Part shown: positions 37,633 through 46,804 of the stretch, one piece after another
How positions within the stretch are numbered: position 1 is the first letter of the stretch
How the letters are laid out: every line of letters starts with the position of its first letter
From: Patescibacteria group bacterium
GTDB lineage: Bacteria > Patescibacteriota > Patescibacteriia > XYB2-FULL-38-15
Length of the DNA: 64,000 nucleotides
NCBI GenBank assembly: GCA_041650995.1
Contig: JBAZJZ010000002.1
Coordinates: 77,344-141,343, forward strand
Direction of reading: 5' to 3'
Notes under the pieces: model-generated
What the model saw: only the letters and a program-made list of their open reading frames with translations
Databases searched by the model: none
Told to the model about the DNA's origin: nothing
Translations under genes and position numbers: made by a program

Positions 37633-38313
37633 ATGATTGAATGCAAAAAAATAACAAAAACATATTTAACCGGCACGGGAGCAGTCACTGTCCTGAAAGA
37701 TTTATCGTTCGCTATCGCTGACGGAGAATTTGTCGCGATTATGGGTCCGTCTGGTTCAGGAAAATCAACCCTGATGAACATTTTGGGGGCGTTAGATATT
37801 CCGACTTCCGGCGAATATTTTTTAGATAAAAAAAGTGTCGCGGCGTTGTCTGACGACGAGTTGGCCGACATCAGAAAAAATAAAATTGGTTTTGTTTTTC
37901 AATCATTCAATCTTCTTCCGCGCTCCACTGTTTTAAGAAATGTAATGTTGCCGCTTGTTTATGCCGGCGTTCCAAAAGAAGAAAGGGAATCGCGGGCAAG
38001 AGAGTCTCTTTCAAACGCTGGTTTAGACGAAGAACATTTCTATCACCTTACAAACCAACTTTCCGGTGGACAGATGCAAAGAGTGGCAATCGCGAGGGCG
38101 CTTGTGAATAATCCGTCATTAATTTTGGCTGATGAGCCGACAGGAAATCTTGATACCAAAACAGGAGAAGTTGTTCTTGGGACATTAGAGGAATTAAATA
38201 AAAAAAATAATCATACAATTATTTTAATTACCCATGAACGAGGTGTTGCGGAGCATGCGGACAGAATAATTCAGATTCGCGACGGCATTATCGTATCCGA
38301 CGAAAGAAAATAA
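37633..38313 (+). CDS. ABC transporter ATP-binding protein (MacB/LolD-type)
   Basis: GPSGSGKST Walker [16 protein letters not shown] signature and [11 protein letters not shown] Walker B. Confidence 0.9.
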   Translation: MIECKKITKTYLTGTGAVTVLKDLSFAIADGEFVAIMGPSGSGKSTLMNILGALDIPTSGEYFLDKKSVAALSDDELADIRKNKIGFVFQSFNLLPRSTVLRNVMLPLVYAGVPKEERESRARESLSNAGLDEEHFYHLTNQLSGGQMQRVAIARALVNNPSLILADEPTGNLDTKTGEVVLGTLEELNKKNNHTIILITHERGVAEHADRIIQIRDGIIVSDERK

Positions 38314-38324
38314 ATAGTTTATAT

Positions 38325-39542
38325 ATGAAAATTAGAGATTTGTTTGAAGAAATTTTTTTGGCGTTGCTTGGGAATAAGGCGCGGTCCGGTCTTACGATTT
38401 TGGGAATTGTCATTGGTATTGGATCAGTGATCGCCATGATTTCTATTGGTCAGGGCGCACAAGGATCAATACAATCAAACATTGAATCCATAGGTTCAAA
38501 TTTGATTCAGGTTATGCCCGGCACGCAGAGGTCATCGGGTGTAAGCGCCGGATGGGGTTCATCTCAAACTTTGACTGCAGAAGATGCCGATGCGATCGGC
38601 GCGGAAATTTTTTTAGCGAACGCCGTGGCGCCGGAAATTTCCGGTCGATATCAAATAACTGCCAAAGGCACAAACACGAATACTTCAGTTGTTGGAATAA
38701 CAGCCTCATATCCCGGAGTTCGAAATGTTGAGATAGAACAAGGTTCTTTTATTTCTGAACAAAACATAAAGAATATGTCGAAGGTCGCGGTTTTGGGGCC
38801 AAGCGCACGAGATGATCTTTTTGGCGAAGAAGTTGATGCAGTTGGACAAACGATCAGAATTAAAGGAATGGAATTTAAGGTTATCGGGGTAACGAAGTCA
38901 AAGGGTGGCAGCGGTTTTGGCAGCCAAGATGATATGATTTTTGTTCCCCTTTCTTCCGCCCAAAAATTTTTAGTCGGGAAAAATTACGTAAGCACGATTA
39001 GTATTCAGGCGAAAGACGCCAAATCAATGACAACGCTTCAAGAAGAAGTTACAGCACTTCTCCTTGCGCGTCATAATATTTCTGATCCAAACTCAGCAGA
39101 TTTTAGAATCATGAATCAAGCCGATGTTGTGGCGAGCGCTTCATCTATAACCAATACATTGACATTGCTTTTGGGTTCAATCGCTGGAATTTCTTTGATT
39201 GTGGGCGGTATTGGCATTATGAATATGATGCTCACTAATGTTACGGAACGAACGCGCGAGATTGGTTTGCGTAAAGCTATTGGCGCGAAACGCAAAGATG
39301 TCAGCCTCCAATTTTTGCTTGAAGCCATGGTGCTTACTTTGGTCGGTGGAGTGGTGGGAATATTTTTTGGATGGCTTGCGTCTTTAGGTGTAGAAAAGTT
39401 TGGGGGAATTACCACCGCAATCTCGCCAACGTCTGTTTTTTTGGCGTGCGGGGTTTCCGCCGCGATCGGAATTATTTTTGGTTATTACCCGGCGAGACGC
39501 GCAGCCAAATTAAATCCAATCCAGGCGCTGCGTTACGAGTAA
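38325..39542 (+). CDS. ABC transporter permease (MacB/FtsX-like)
   Basis: MacB_PCD periplasmic domain plus the C-terminal FtsX 3-TM bundle. Confidence 0.9.
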   Translation: MKIRDLFEEIFLALLGNKARSGLTILGIVIGIGSVIAMISIGQGAQGSIQSNIESIGSNLIQVMPGTQRSSGVSAGWGSSQTLTAEDADAIGAEIFLANAVAPEISGRYQITAKGTNTNTSVVGITASYPGVRNVEIEQGSFISEQNIKNMSKVAVLGPSARDDLFGEEVDAVGQTIRIKGMEFKVIGVTKSKGGSGFGSQDDMIFVPLSSAQKFLVGKNYVSTISIQAKDAKSMTTLQEEVTALLLARHNISDPNSADFRIMNQADVVASASSITNTLTLLLGSIAGISLIVGGIGIMNMMLTNVTERTREIGLRKAIGAKRKDVSLQFLLEAMVLTLVGGVVGIFFGWLASLGVEKFGGITTAISPTSVFLACGVSAAIGIIFGYYPARRAAKLNPIQALRYE

Positions 39543-39584
39543 AATTAACAATTAGCAGTTAATATTTAACAATTAACAAAAACT

Positions 39585-40046
39585 ATGAAGAAATTTTTAC
39601 CTATTTTTATCGCGATCGTAATTATCGTGGGCGGAGCAGCTTTCTATGGAGGAATGAAATATGGAGAAAGTAAAAGAAGCATTGGCGTCCGCGAGGGTTT
39701 TTCTGATTTTGGAAAAGTATCATTTGGAGATAGACAAGGTTTTGCCGGAGAAGCCGGTGCTCTGGGCGGAAAAAACATTGGCGCGAATTTTGTAAGTGGG
39801 GAAATTATTTCAAAAGATGATAAAAGTTTAACTGTGAAACTTCCGGACGGCGGATCAAAAATAATTTTCTTTTCCGATGCAACAAAAATTACAAAAACAG
39901 CTGAGGGAGCCATGGAAGATTTAAAAGTAGGGGAAAATGTTATGGCAAACGGTACGGCCAATGACGGCGGAAGTATTACGGCAGAAACAATTCAGCTACG
40001 GCCGACAATGGTTAGTCCTACAAATACTAATTCCAATAATCAATAA
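39585..40046 (+). CDS. DUF5666-like secreted protein
   Basis: Signal anchor; GEIISKDDKSLTVKLPDGGSKIIFFSDATKITK...SITAETIQL. Confidence 0.45.
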   Translation: MKKFLPIFIAIVIIVGGAAFYGGMKYGESKRSIGVREGFSDFGKVSFGDRQGFAGEAGALGGKNIGANFVSGEIISKDDKSLTVKLPDGGSKIIFFSDATKITKTAEGAMEDLKVGENVMANGTANDGGSITAETIQLRPTMVSPTNTNSNNQ

Positions 40047-40163
40047 AAGAGTTTGCGCCATTTTTAAGCACGGAACAAGCGTGAATAAAAAAATAAAACG
40101 GCCGCCGAATCGGCGGCCGTTTTTATATATTTCTTGCGCGGGCTAAAGCCCGCTATTCCAAAA

Positions 40164-41414
40164 CTATTTTTTTTCTTCTTCGGCTTCCGGTATTTCCTGT
40201 TTTGGTTCTTCGGTTTTAACTTCCTCAACTGGTTTTTCGGCCGGAGCTTCCGCGTGAGTTTCCTCCGCGGTTTTTTCTTCAGCATTTTCCTCGGTTGATT
40301 TTTCCAAAGTTTTTTCTTTGGCGCCGCGGAGACTCAGGCCCAAGCGATGGTCGACTGGCTCAATGGAAATAATTTTGAATTTTAGCGTATCGCCAATTTT
40401 TGCCACCTCAGTTGGACTTTGAATCGGTTTCGCGGACAACTCAGAGATGTGGGCTAAGCCGTGGATTTCCGGATCAAGTTCAACAAATAATCCAAAAGGA
40501 TTTATTTTAAGAACCTTGCCTTCCACAACTTGGCCGACATTATATTTTTCGCTGATTTTTTTCCAAGGATCATCAATTAATTTTTTCATTGACAAGAAAA
40601 TTTTTGAACCTTCCACGCCAATGATTTCTGCTTTTATTTCTTCGCCAACCTTAACGACATCTTCCGGATGGTCAATTCTTTGCCAGGCCAATTCGGAAAT
40701 GTGAACCAATCCTTCTAAATTATCAAACTTCACAAAAATGCCAAAATCAGCCAGGGCGGAAACGGTTCCGGAAATTATGTCGCCGACCTTGTAGGAAGAA
40801 ATAATATTTTTTTGTTTTTCTTCCCAGGCGGCCTTTTCCGAAACAATTAATTTTTCTTCTTCCGAGCCCACATCAATAACTTTGACTTCAAGCGGAGTCC
40901 CGACGAAAGTTTTTAATTTTTCTAATATTTTATTTTTCTCGCCGCCCGGCACGCGCGGATAATGTTCCGGCGCGAGTTGCGAGACAGGCAAGAAGCCGAC
41001 AATTTTATTAACATTAATCATTAAACCGCCTTTATTCGCGTCCATCACGGTAGCGATTACGATTTCGCCGGATTTTTGAAGCTCCATCAGTTTGTCCCAA
41101 ATCTTTTTGTGCCCGGCAAAGCGGAAAGACAATTCCATTTCGCCGCGTTCATTTTCCATTTCTAAAATTGTAGCCTCGGTTTCGTCACCCGGTTTTAATT
41201 CGGAATAATCGGCTGATTCGTTGCAAAGCTCCCGGCCGCGGACAACGCCCGTCTTAAATCCCGGAATATCCAAGTTAACTTCGTTTTTACTGATAGTTAA
41301 AACTATGCCGCGGACGACGTCTCCGACCTTGGGAATCGCAAGAAAGTTTCCTTCGGCGAGTAATTTTTCAAATTCTCCACTCTCGGTTTTTTTTGTTAGA
41401 TTTGTTAGATCCAT
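40164..41414 (-). CDS. rpsA: 30S ribosomal protein S1 (4 S1 domains plus a Lys/Glu-rich tail)
   Basis: Repeated S1 folds (GDVVRGIVLTI..., GDIISGTVSALADFGIFVKF..., GQVVEGKVLKINPFGLFVEL...). Confidence 0.9.
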   Translation of the reverse strand: MDLTNLTKKTESGEFEKLLAEGNFLAIPKVGDVVRGIVLTISKNEVNLDIPGFKTGVVRGRELCNESADYSELKPGDETEATILEMENERGEMELSFRFAGHKKIWDKLMELQKSGEIVIATVMDANKGGLMINVNKIVGFLPVSQLAPEHYPRVPGGEKNKILEKLKTFVGTPLEVKVIDVGSEEEKLIVSEKAAWEEKQKNIISSYKVGDIISGTVSALADFGIFVKFDNLEGLVHISELAWQRIDHPEDVVKVGEEIKAEIIGVEGSKIFLSMKKLIDDPWKKISEKYNVGQVVEGKVLKINPFGLFVELDPEIHGLAHISELSAKPIQSPTEVAKIGDTLKFKIISIEPVDHRLGLSLRGAKEKTLEKSTEENAEEKTAEETHAEAPAEKPVEEVKTEEPKQEIPEAEEEKK

Positions 41415-41559
41415 AGTTAATAATTAGAGAGGTTGTCGGGAACCCCGGCAAACCTCAAAACTCCTTTCTTTAATAAGATAGAAATAGTATATAACATCTT
41501 GAATTTTTTGGCAAGAAGCGGTAAAATATATGTATAAATAATTAATTTAATAACTTATT

Positions 41560-41877
41560 ATGTCTGAAAGAGGAAGGATTTTAGAGTTTTCATCCGAAAA
41601 AAGAGGAGATCTCCAAAAGGAGAAAAACGACGGTATAAAAATTTTAGAAATTATTCAAGTTGTGAATCCCGACAAAGATCCAGAAATTTTAGTAACATGC
41701 GATTTGGTTGATGGCGTAGTGCAGTTTAAGGGAGACGAAGGCGTGATAGAGGAGTTGCGAAAAGAAGAATTTTATTGGGAGGGTCAGAAGGTTACTCCCG
41801 ATGACGGAGAAAAATTTTTGCGGGCCGTGAAGGCGAGTTATCGCAACCCTTATTTTTTAGCTAGAAAAATAAAGTAA
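41560..41877 (+). CDS. hypothetical protein
   Basis: No recognised domain. Confidence 0.5.
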   Translation: MSERGRILEFSSEKRGDLQKEKNDGIKILEIIQVVNPDKDPEILVTCDLVDGVVQFKGDEGVIEELRKEEFYWEGQKVTPDDGEKFLRAVKASYRNPYFLARKIK

Positions 41878-41882
41878 ATTTT

Positions 41883-43028
41883 ATGAAGGAAAAAAGACCA
41901 AGACCATCTGAGGAAAAGGAAAAAGAATTTGATACAGAGGATATAAAAACAGGCCTAGTTTCTCGGGCAGAAAAAGAAAACAGTGGAGAGGAAGAAAGGA
42001 CAGAAGTGGTTGTCCCGGTTGAGGTCAAGGGAAGCAGGGAGAGTTTAGTCGAAATATCTGAAATTTTGAAAAATACAGATCGCCTAACAGCGGAATTATA
42101 TGATGTGAGACTTGGCGAAGCTGAAAGTCCGGAAGGGATTCAGGAAATAATTAAAGATTTGAACACTTTTCTCGAACTTAGAGAAGCGGAACCATGTAAA
42201 CCTCCTTGCGAACATCTTGATTCAATGGGAGACAAGGGGGTGAAGGGAGCAAATGAAACTTATCTTTTACGGCTAGTAGAGCGCGGCAGAGAAATAGTTG
42301 GAGTGTATAAGCCAGTAAAAGGTGAAGAAATCCACGTATTAAAAGCTGGCATTGAAGACTTCACCCTTCATAAAAGAGAATGGTTAACATGTATGGTTGA
42401 TAGAGCATTGGAACTGGGAGTTGTTCCCCCAACAGTTTTACGTGATGAAGATAAGGGGTTGGGGTCTGTTCAGGCATTCGTGCAAGAGGCGGACGCGGCC
42501 ACTAAGGTCCCTGACCGCGGAAAGAACCCGGAAGATTTAGTTTTGGTGGCTCTACTTCATTCATTAACTGGTCAACAAGATGGTCATCGGGGAAATGAAT
42601 TAATTAAGCGTCAACCAGGAGGAAAGGTGAAGGCCATAGATAATAGCGAAACTTTTGGCGCGGCCTTGTATGACGAGACAGGACAAGAAGTTTTTCCCGC
42701 GCTTCAAGTTTTTTCTAGGGCGCTTGAGGAAGCTAAGGATATAACTACGGCGGTTCAGACGCCACTTTTGGAAATTCATTTGAGAACATTTCTCGATTCA
42801 CCTCGACGGCAGGAAGTTTTAAAGAAAGCTTTTGATTTTGTTTTAGGTGAAGAATCAGACAGTGTTTGGGAGGCATTTATGGGGAAAGCGCGGGATTTGT
42901 TAGAGAAGAAAAAATTGCCAAGCGACTATGACGCAGACATGGCAAGACATGTGATTAGATATGGTTGGTCTCAAGAACAGCGCGGAGCAACGACCAAAAG
43001 AAAAACAGCCGAAGCTCGGGCCGCTTAA
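41883..43028 (+). CDS. hypothetical protein with PI3/PI4-kinase (type II PI4K-like) catalytic motifs
   Basis: GVYKPVKGEE aligns to the AVFKPKNEEP lysine region. LTGQQDGHRGNELIK aligns to the DRGNDNWLIK catalytic loop. KVKAIDNSETFG aligns to the AIDNGLAF activation segment. Confidence 0.5.
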   Translation: MKEKRPRPSEEKEKEFDTEDIKTGLVSRAEKENSGEEERTEVVVPVEVKGSRESLVEISEILKNTDRLTAELYDVRLGEAESPEGIQEIIKDLNTFLELREAEPCKPPCEHLDSMGDKGVKGANETYLLRLVERGREIVGVYKPVKGEEIHVLKAGIEDFTLHKREWLTCMVDRALELGVVPPTVLRDEDKGLGSVQAFVQEADAATKVPDRGKNPEDLVLVALLHSLTGQQDGHRGNELIKRQPGGKVKAIDNSETFGAALYDETGQEVFPALQVFSRALEEAKDITTAVQTPLLEIHLRTFLDSPRRQEVLKKAFDFVLGEESDSVWEAFMGKARDLLEKKKLPSDYDADMARHVIRYGWSQEQRGATTKRKTAEARAA

Positions 43029-43037
43029 TAAAATTTT

Positions 43038-43571
43038 ATGGCGCAAAAATTATCTGATTTTTTAAAAACCGCGACCAGAACTTCTTATGTTAAAAGTTCG
43101 GTGAAGCAGGCTGTTTCAAAAATGGGAATGAGCGTTTCGCGACAAGTTAGCGAGCGGCAAGCAAAAGAAGTTTTGGGCGAATTGAAAAAATCCGGCGCGA
43201 TAAAAACATATCGTTCTCCAACGGAAATTTTTCGAGAAGCCGAAAGGGCACGCCGTGAGGGACAAAAAATTGACGAGCCAAAAATTACCGTGGAATCGCT
43301 TCGCGAAGAACGAAAAGAGGAAGAGGAGAAGAAAAAACGAATGCGCGAAATGATGTCTAATATTTATGGCCAAGAGCGGGCGCGTGAAGAAGAAAAAGAA
43401 AAAGGCGATGGAAAAGTAAAAAGAAACGTGGCGACTTCGGCTTTGAAACCAAAAGCCGCGCCAGGCCGGGCGGAAACGACCACGTCAATTCTTCGGGGAC
43501 AAAAATCTACTGCAAATAAAACCGCGCCGGAAGAAAAGTCGCCGCAGGCAGTTGATTTAGTAATTGATTAA
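43038..43571 (+). CDS. hypothetical Lys/Glu-rich protein
   Basis: Low-complexity charged C-terminal half. Confidence 0.5.
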   Translation: MAQKLSDFLKTATRTSYVKSSVKQAVSKMGMSVSRQVSERQAKEVLGELKKSGAIKTYRSPTEIFREAERARREGQKIDEPKITVESLREERKEEEEKKKRMREMMSNIYGQERAREEEKEKGDGKVKRNVATSALKPKAAPGRAETTTSILRGQKSTANKTAPEEKSPQAVDLVID

Positions 43572-43626
43572 TTTTAAATTTAGAAAATAGAAAAGAAAAA
43601 AATCGCCTTAGGGTGATTTTTATATA

Positions 43627-43658
43627 AAAAAGCCGCGAAGTCGTAACTTCGCGGCGAG
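43627..43658 (-). terminator. strong intrinsic terminator with a perfect 10-bp stem, minus-strand sense
   Basis: On the minus strand, gccgcgaagt-tacg-acttcgcggc is followed by ttttttat. It lies 14 nt past the Cys/His-rich ORF stop. Confidence 0.7.
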
Positions 43659-43670
43659 TTGTTCCTCCTG

Positions 43671-43931
43671 TCATTTGTGCGGACCAGGACAGCCGCCCTC
43701 TTTGCCCGGACCATGCTCGTCGTACTCCTCGTCGGGAGTTTTGTCCCAAGCGTCGAAGGCCTCGTGCAGATCGCAGGCGGAATTGGTGCAGTCGTGTTCC
43801 CAGCGGTGGTGATGGGGTTTGTCCTCACCCAGATAGGTGCAGACGATCTGCTCCTGGCCGCATTTGGGCAGACGTTTTGTTTTGCGGATTGTGTCATGGT
43901 TCCCCGTAGTGCTTGCGGGAGTAGCGGACGA
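43671..43931 (-). CDS. Cys/His-rich acidic small ORF with no canonical start codon. It is in the +1 frame relative to the upstream zinc-ribbon gene. It may be a recoded tail, a pseudogene, or a non-ATG start.
   Basis: The open frame reads ...TIRKTKRLPKCGQEQIVCTYLGEDKPHHHRWEHDCTNSACDLHEAFDAWDKTPDEEYDEHGPGKEGGCPGPHK*. It ends just before the terminator and has no in-frame ATG/GTG/TTG. Confidence 0.3.
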   Translation of the reverse strand, partial: SSATPASTTGNHDTIRKTKRLPKCGQEQIVCTYLGEDKPHHHRWEHDCTNSACDLHEAFDAWDKTPDEEYDEHGPGKEGGCPGPHK

Positions 43932-44568
43932 TCAGAGCGGAGCAGATGATCATCCAGGCGGTGATGATGGCGATCGGGAACAATGTCGCCTGGAAAGCCG
44001 CTCCGACCGGCGCCTCGTCCCAGAGCTTCGTCGTGAAGACGAGCGTGCCGAGCACGAGCGTGTACACAATCATGAAGACGTTCATGAGCTTCCTTGTGCT
44101 CCATCGAGTCAGGAATTTCCAGGTTTTCATTTGTCTTTCCTGTGTCTTTGCCCGCGGTGGAAGGTTGGGGGTGATTGCACACACCGCGGGTTCGAGCGTG
44201 ACATCGATCTCTAGCAGTTGCTCGGACACGCTCCCAGCCGCGGGGCTTTCCTGTCCCCTGGGCGGGGTATGGAGTTGGCCGTCCATTCCTTCTCGTTCGC
44301 GGAAGCGACGACTGATCTCGCCTAAGGGCAGCCTCTTGGCGTGACCATCCGACGATTTGCCACAGAAGGGGCAAGTCGACCCTTGCGGGAAGTCGCGATT
44401 TCCGATGTGGTGGCCGGCGTGCTGGGACTTTGTTTCTTGCCAGCCGCAAGCCGGACAGTGAACAACGTATTCATCTTTTAGAAAGACGCTGTCAACTTTC
44501 CGGCCAGAGAAGAGGCACTCGGCTCCCTGCCCGCAATGCGGACAGTTTAGTTTTTTGATGCTCTCCAT
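43894..44568 (-). CDS. double zinc-ribbon membrane protein (CPHCG..CPACG and CPFCG, then 2 C-terminal TM helices); GC-rich
   Basis: AGGAGA RBS; its ATG lies 9 nt after the upstream TAA. Confidence 0.6.
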   Translation of the reverse strand: MESIKKLNCPHCGQGAECLFSGRKVDSVFLKDEYVVHCPACGWQETKSQHAGHHIGNRDFPQGSTCPFCGKSSDGHAKRLPLGEISRRFREREGMDGQLHTPPRGQESPAAGSVSEQLLEIDVTLEPAVCAITPNLPPRAKTQERQMKTWKFLTRWSTRKLMNVFMIVYTLVLGTLVFTTKLWDEAPVGAAFQATLFPIAIITAWMIICSALIVRYSRKHYGEP

Positions 44569-44577
44569 AGCTTCTCC

Positions 44578-45267
44578 TTACATCGTCTTGACAGTAAGCT
44601 CGTAGATCCTCGTGCCATCGGTGGCAAAGGCTACGATTTTTTTGTCTTCCATGGAGGGAACGGAAATGTCGTCGCAGGGACGGGATTCTTTTTCGCCCCA
44701 GACGAGAACCATTTTCTGGCCGAGCTTCGCGCGGTAGAGAGGTCGTCCCACTGCAAAGAAAAGCGGGGGGATGATTTCGTCGTAAGGCTTACTTTCGCGC
44801 GTTCCCTGGACGACAAGCTCTTTGCTAGCCAAGGAAGCGATGTAGAGCGGTTCGCCATCTTTCCACTGAAGTCTGTTGTGGTCGATGGCATCGTAGGGCT
44901 TGCCCTTGGTTTCCCCCCAGCAGACGTGCGGCCGATTGTCGGCCGGATCTCCGGGCCAACCGACATAGAAAGGTTGGTCGCCAGCCATTTTGAGGCCGAG
45001 GATTTGCCGATGTGGCGCGCCTTTCTCCACTTGGTCCTTGTACCCGCTTCGGGGGATGATCCGAAGGACGACCCAGAGATTGTCCCTGCGCCTGGCGGCG
45101 AAAAGGAATCTACCACCAGGAAGGCAAGAAACATCCCTGGCTCCAATGAATTCATTACCAGCGAGAATGAGAAGATTTTTCACCATTCGCGCCGCGCACA
45201 CCGCCTCGGGGAGCTCGACTCCGCCGGGAATTACGGCGGAATATTGCTTGGTTTCTCCGTCGCCCAT
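44578..45267 (-). CDS. WG-containing-repeat (WG_beta_rep-like) protein, GC-rich
   Basis: GGGAGG RBS. Repeats W..GETKGKPYDAID / GTRESKPYDEII / GEKESRPCDDIS. Confidence 0.6.
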   Translation of the reverse strand: MGDGETKQYSAVIPGGVELPEAVCAARMVKNLLILAGNEFIGARDVSCLPGGRFLFAARRRDNLWVVLRIIPRSGYKDQVEKGAPHRQILGLKMAGDQPFYVGWPGDPADNRPHVCWGETKGKPYDAIDHNRLQWKDGEPLYIASLASKELVVQGTRESKPYDEIIPPLFFAVGRPLYRAKLGQKMVLVWGEKESRPCDDISVPSMEDKKIVAFATDGTRIYELTVKTM

Positions 45268-45436
45268 TTTACTGCCTCCCTTCCTTGCCTAAAAGGGTTT
45301 AGGCTCGGTCTTTTATCTTGGCAAAACTGACAGAAATGTCAAGCGCAAGGGTCTCTCCGGAGCTTGCTTTTTTTATAATTTATGTTATAATTTTTAAAGA
45401 TACAAAACGTAGAAGTTTGTTTTTTAATTTAAATTT

Positions 45437-46084
45437 ATGACGATAACATGGCTCGGACAATCTTGTTTTAAAATTCAAAGCGGAGATGTGACCTTGGTTA
45501 CTGATCCATACAATGCGGAAGTTGGTTTTAAATTGCCGCGCTTGACGGCGGATATTGTGACAGTAAGTCATGATCATTTTGATCACAATAATGTCGACGG
45601 AGTTTCCGGCCCAAATGGCGCGCCCTTTGCAATTACAAGTCCGGGCGAGTTTGAAGTAAAAGGAGTTTTTGTTTATGGAAATTCTTTTTGGCATGATAAA
45701 AGCGAGGGGAAGGAGCGGGGACAAAACATAGTCTATTGTATTGAAGCAGAGGGGATTTCTCTTGCTCATCTTGGGGATTTAGGCCATACGTTAAGCGAAG
45801 AGCAAATTGAGAAATTAGACGGCATTGATATTCTTTTTGTTCCGATCGGGGGAAAATGGACTCTTGGTGCGAGCGAAGCGGTAAAAGTTATAAACGAAAT
45901 AGAGCCGCGGATTGTCATTCCCATGCATTATAAAATTCCGGGACTTAAAGTTGACGTTGAAACTATAGATAAATTTTTAAAAGAAATGGGTGCGAGCAAG
46001 GCCGAGAGATTACCTAAATTAAAAATTTCTAAAAAAGATTTACCTCAGGAAGAAACAAGAGTAATCGTACTGGAAAAAAGTTAG
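45437..46084 (+). CDS. MBL-fold metal-dependent hydrolase (UPF0173-like)
   Basis: MTITWLGQSCFKIQSGDVTLVTDPY...HDHFDHNN... Confidence 0.85.
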   Translation: MTITWLGQSCFKIQSGDVTLVTDPYNAEVGFKLPRLTADIVTVSHDHFDHNNVDGVSGPNGAPFAITSPGEFEVKGVFVYGNSFWHDKSEGKERGQNIVYCIEAEGISLAHLGDLGHTLSEEQIEKLDGIDILFVPIGGKWTLGASEAVKVINEIEPRIVIPMHYKIPGLKVDVETIDKFLKEMGASKAERLPKLKISKKDLPQEETRVIVLEKS

Positions 46085-46088
46085 TTTT

Positions 46089-46742
46089 ATGGCGAAAATT
46101 GTAAAAAGAAATAAAAAAACAGTTCATAAACATCCAAGGAGGAAGGAAGTAGAAATTCCCGTTTTTGTGATTAGAGAAAAAGAGCAAATTGTTTCTCCGG
46201 CGGCGAGAAAAAAAGCTACTCTCGGAAAAGATGAGAAGGGCGCGAACGAATTTGGGATTTTAAAAGACGGGGATGATCTGCCAGTATTTCAAAATTTTTC
46301 CGAATCCGCCGATGAAGAAAAAAACCAGGACGAAGTTGAGGTTGAGAAGGAGTGGAAATATTTAAAGGATGCGACACATAAAAAAGATACAGATGTTCTG
46401 GTTTCAGAGAAAAAAAGCCCGAAGAAGAAGGTCCTCTTGTCCGAATCGAAAAAAAGGATTATTATGTGGGCAAGTGTAGCAGTCTTCGCGTGCTTGATTT
46501 TTTTTATCTGGTTTTCCAGTTTAGAAAATAATTTCGCCAATTTATTTGGCTCCGCCAGTTTTACTTTTTCTCGTTCTGAGGGAGTTTTGGAAGAGGTGGG
46601 AGACAGCTTGGAAGAATTTAAAGAGCAAATAAATTCTTCGGTTGAAACGACCGAAGCGGAAGGCGGGGATGGAGAGAAAGGTCTTCTTGATCAAATTAAA
46701 GAAAAAATTTTAGTTGAAGAATTAAAAGATAAAGTGCAGTAG
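46089..46742 (+). CDS. hypothetical membrane protein
   Basis: Charged N-terminal half followed by one TM helix (IIMWASVAVFACLIFFIWF). Confidence 0.5.
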   Translation: MAKIVKRNKKTVHKHPRRKEVEIPVFVIREKEQIVSPAARKKATLGKDEKGANEFGILKDGDDLPVFQNFSESADEEKNQDEVEVEKEWKYLKDATHKKDTDVLVSEKKSPKKKVLLSESKKRIIMWASVAVFACLIFFIWFSSLENNFANLFGSASFTFSRSEGVLEEVGDSLEEFKEQINSSVETTEAEGGDGEKGLLDQIKEKILVEELKDKVQ

Positions 46743-46804
46743 CGCTGTGTTGACCACACTCGCTCGTTTGTCAATAAATTTAGAGTAGATAATATTTAAA
46801 GATC

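Noticed and set aside
43580-44449. 289-aa minus-strand ORF and the 43659-43949 plus-strand ORF across the zinc-ribbon operon
   Set aside because: The 289-aa frame reads through the perfect terminator hairpin and is Arg/Thr/Pro low-complexity. The plus-strand frame is antisense to the transcribed strand, given the terminator polarity. The coupled minus-strand genes with RBSs explain the region.
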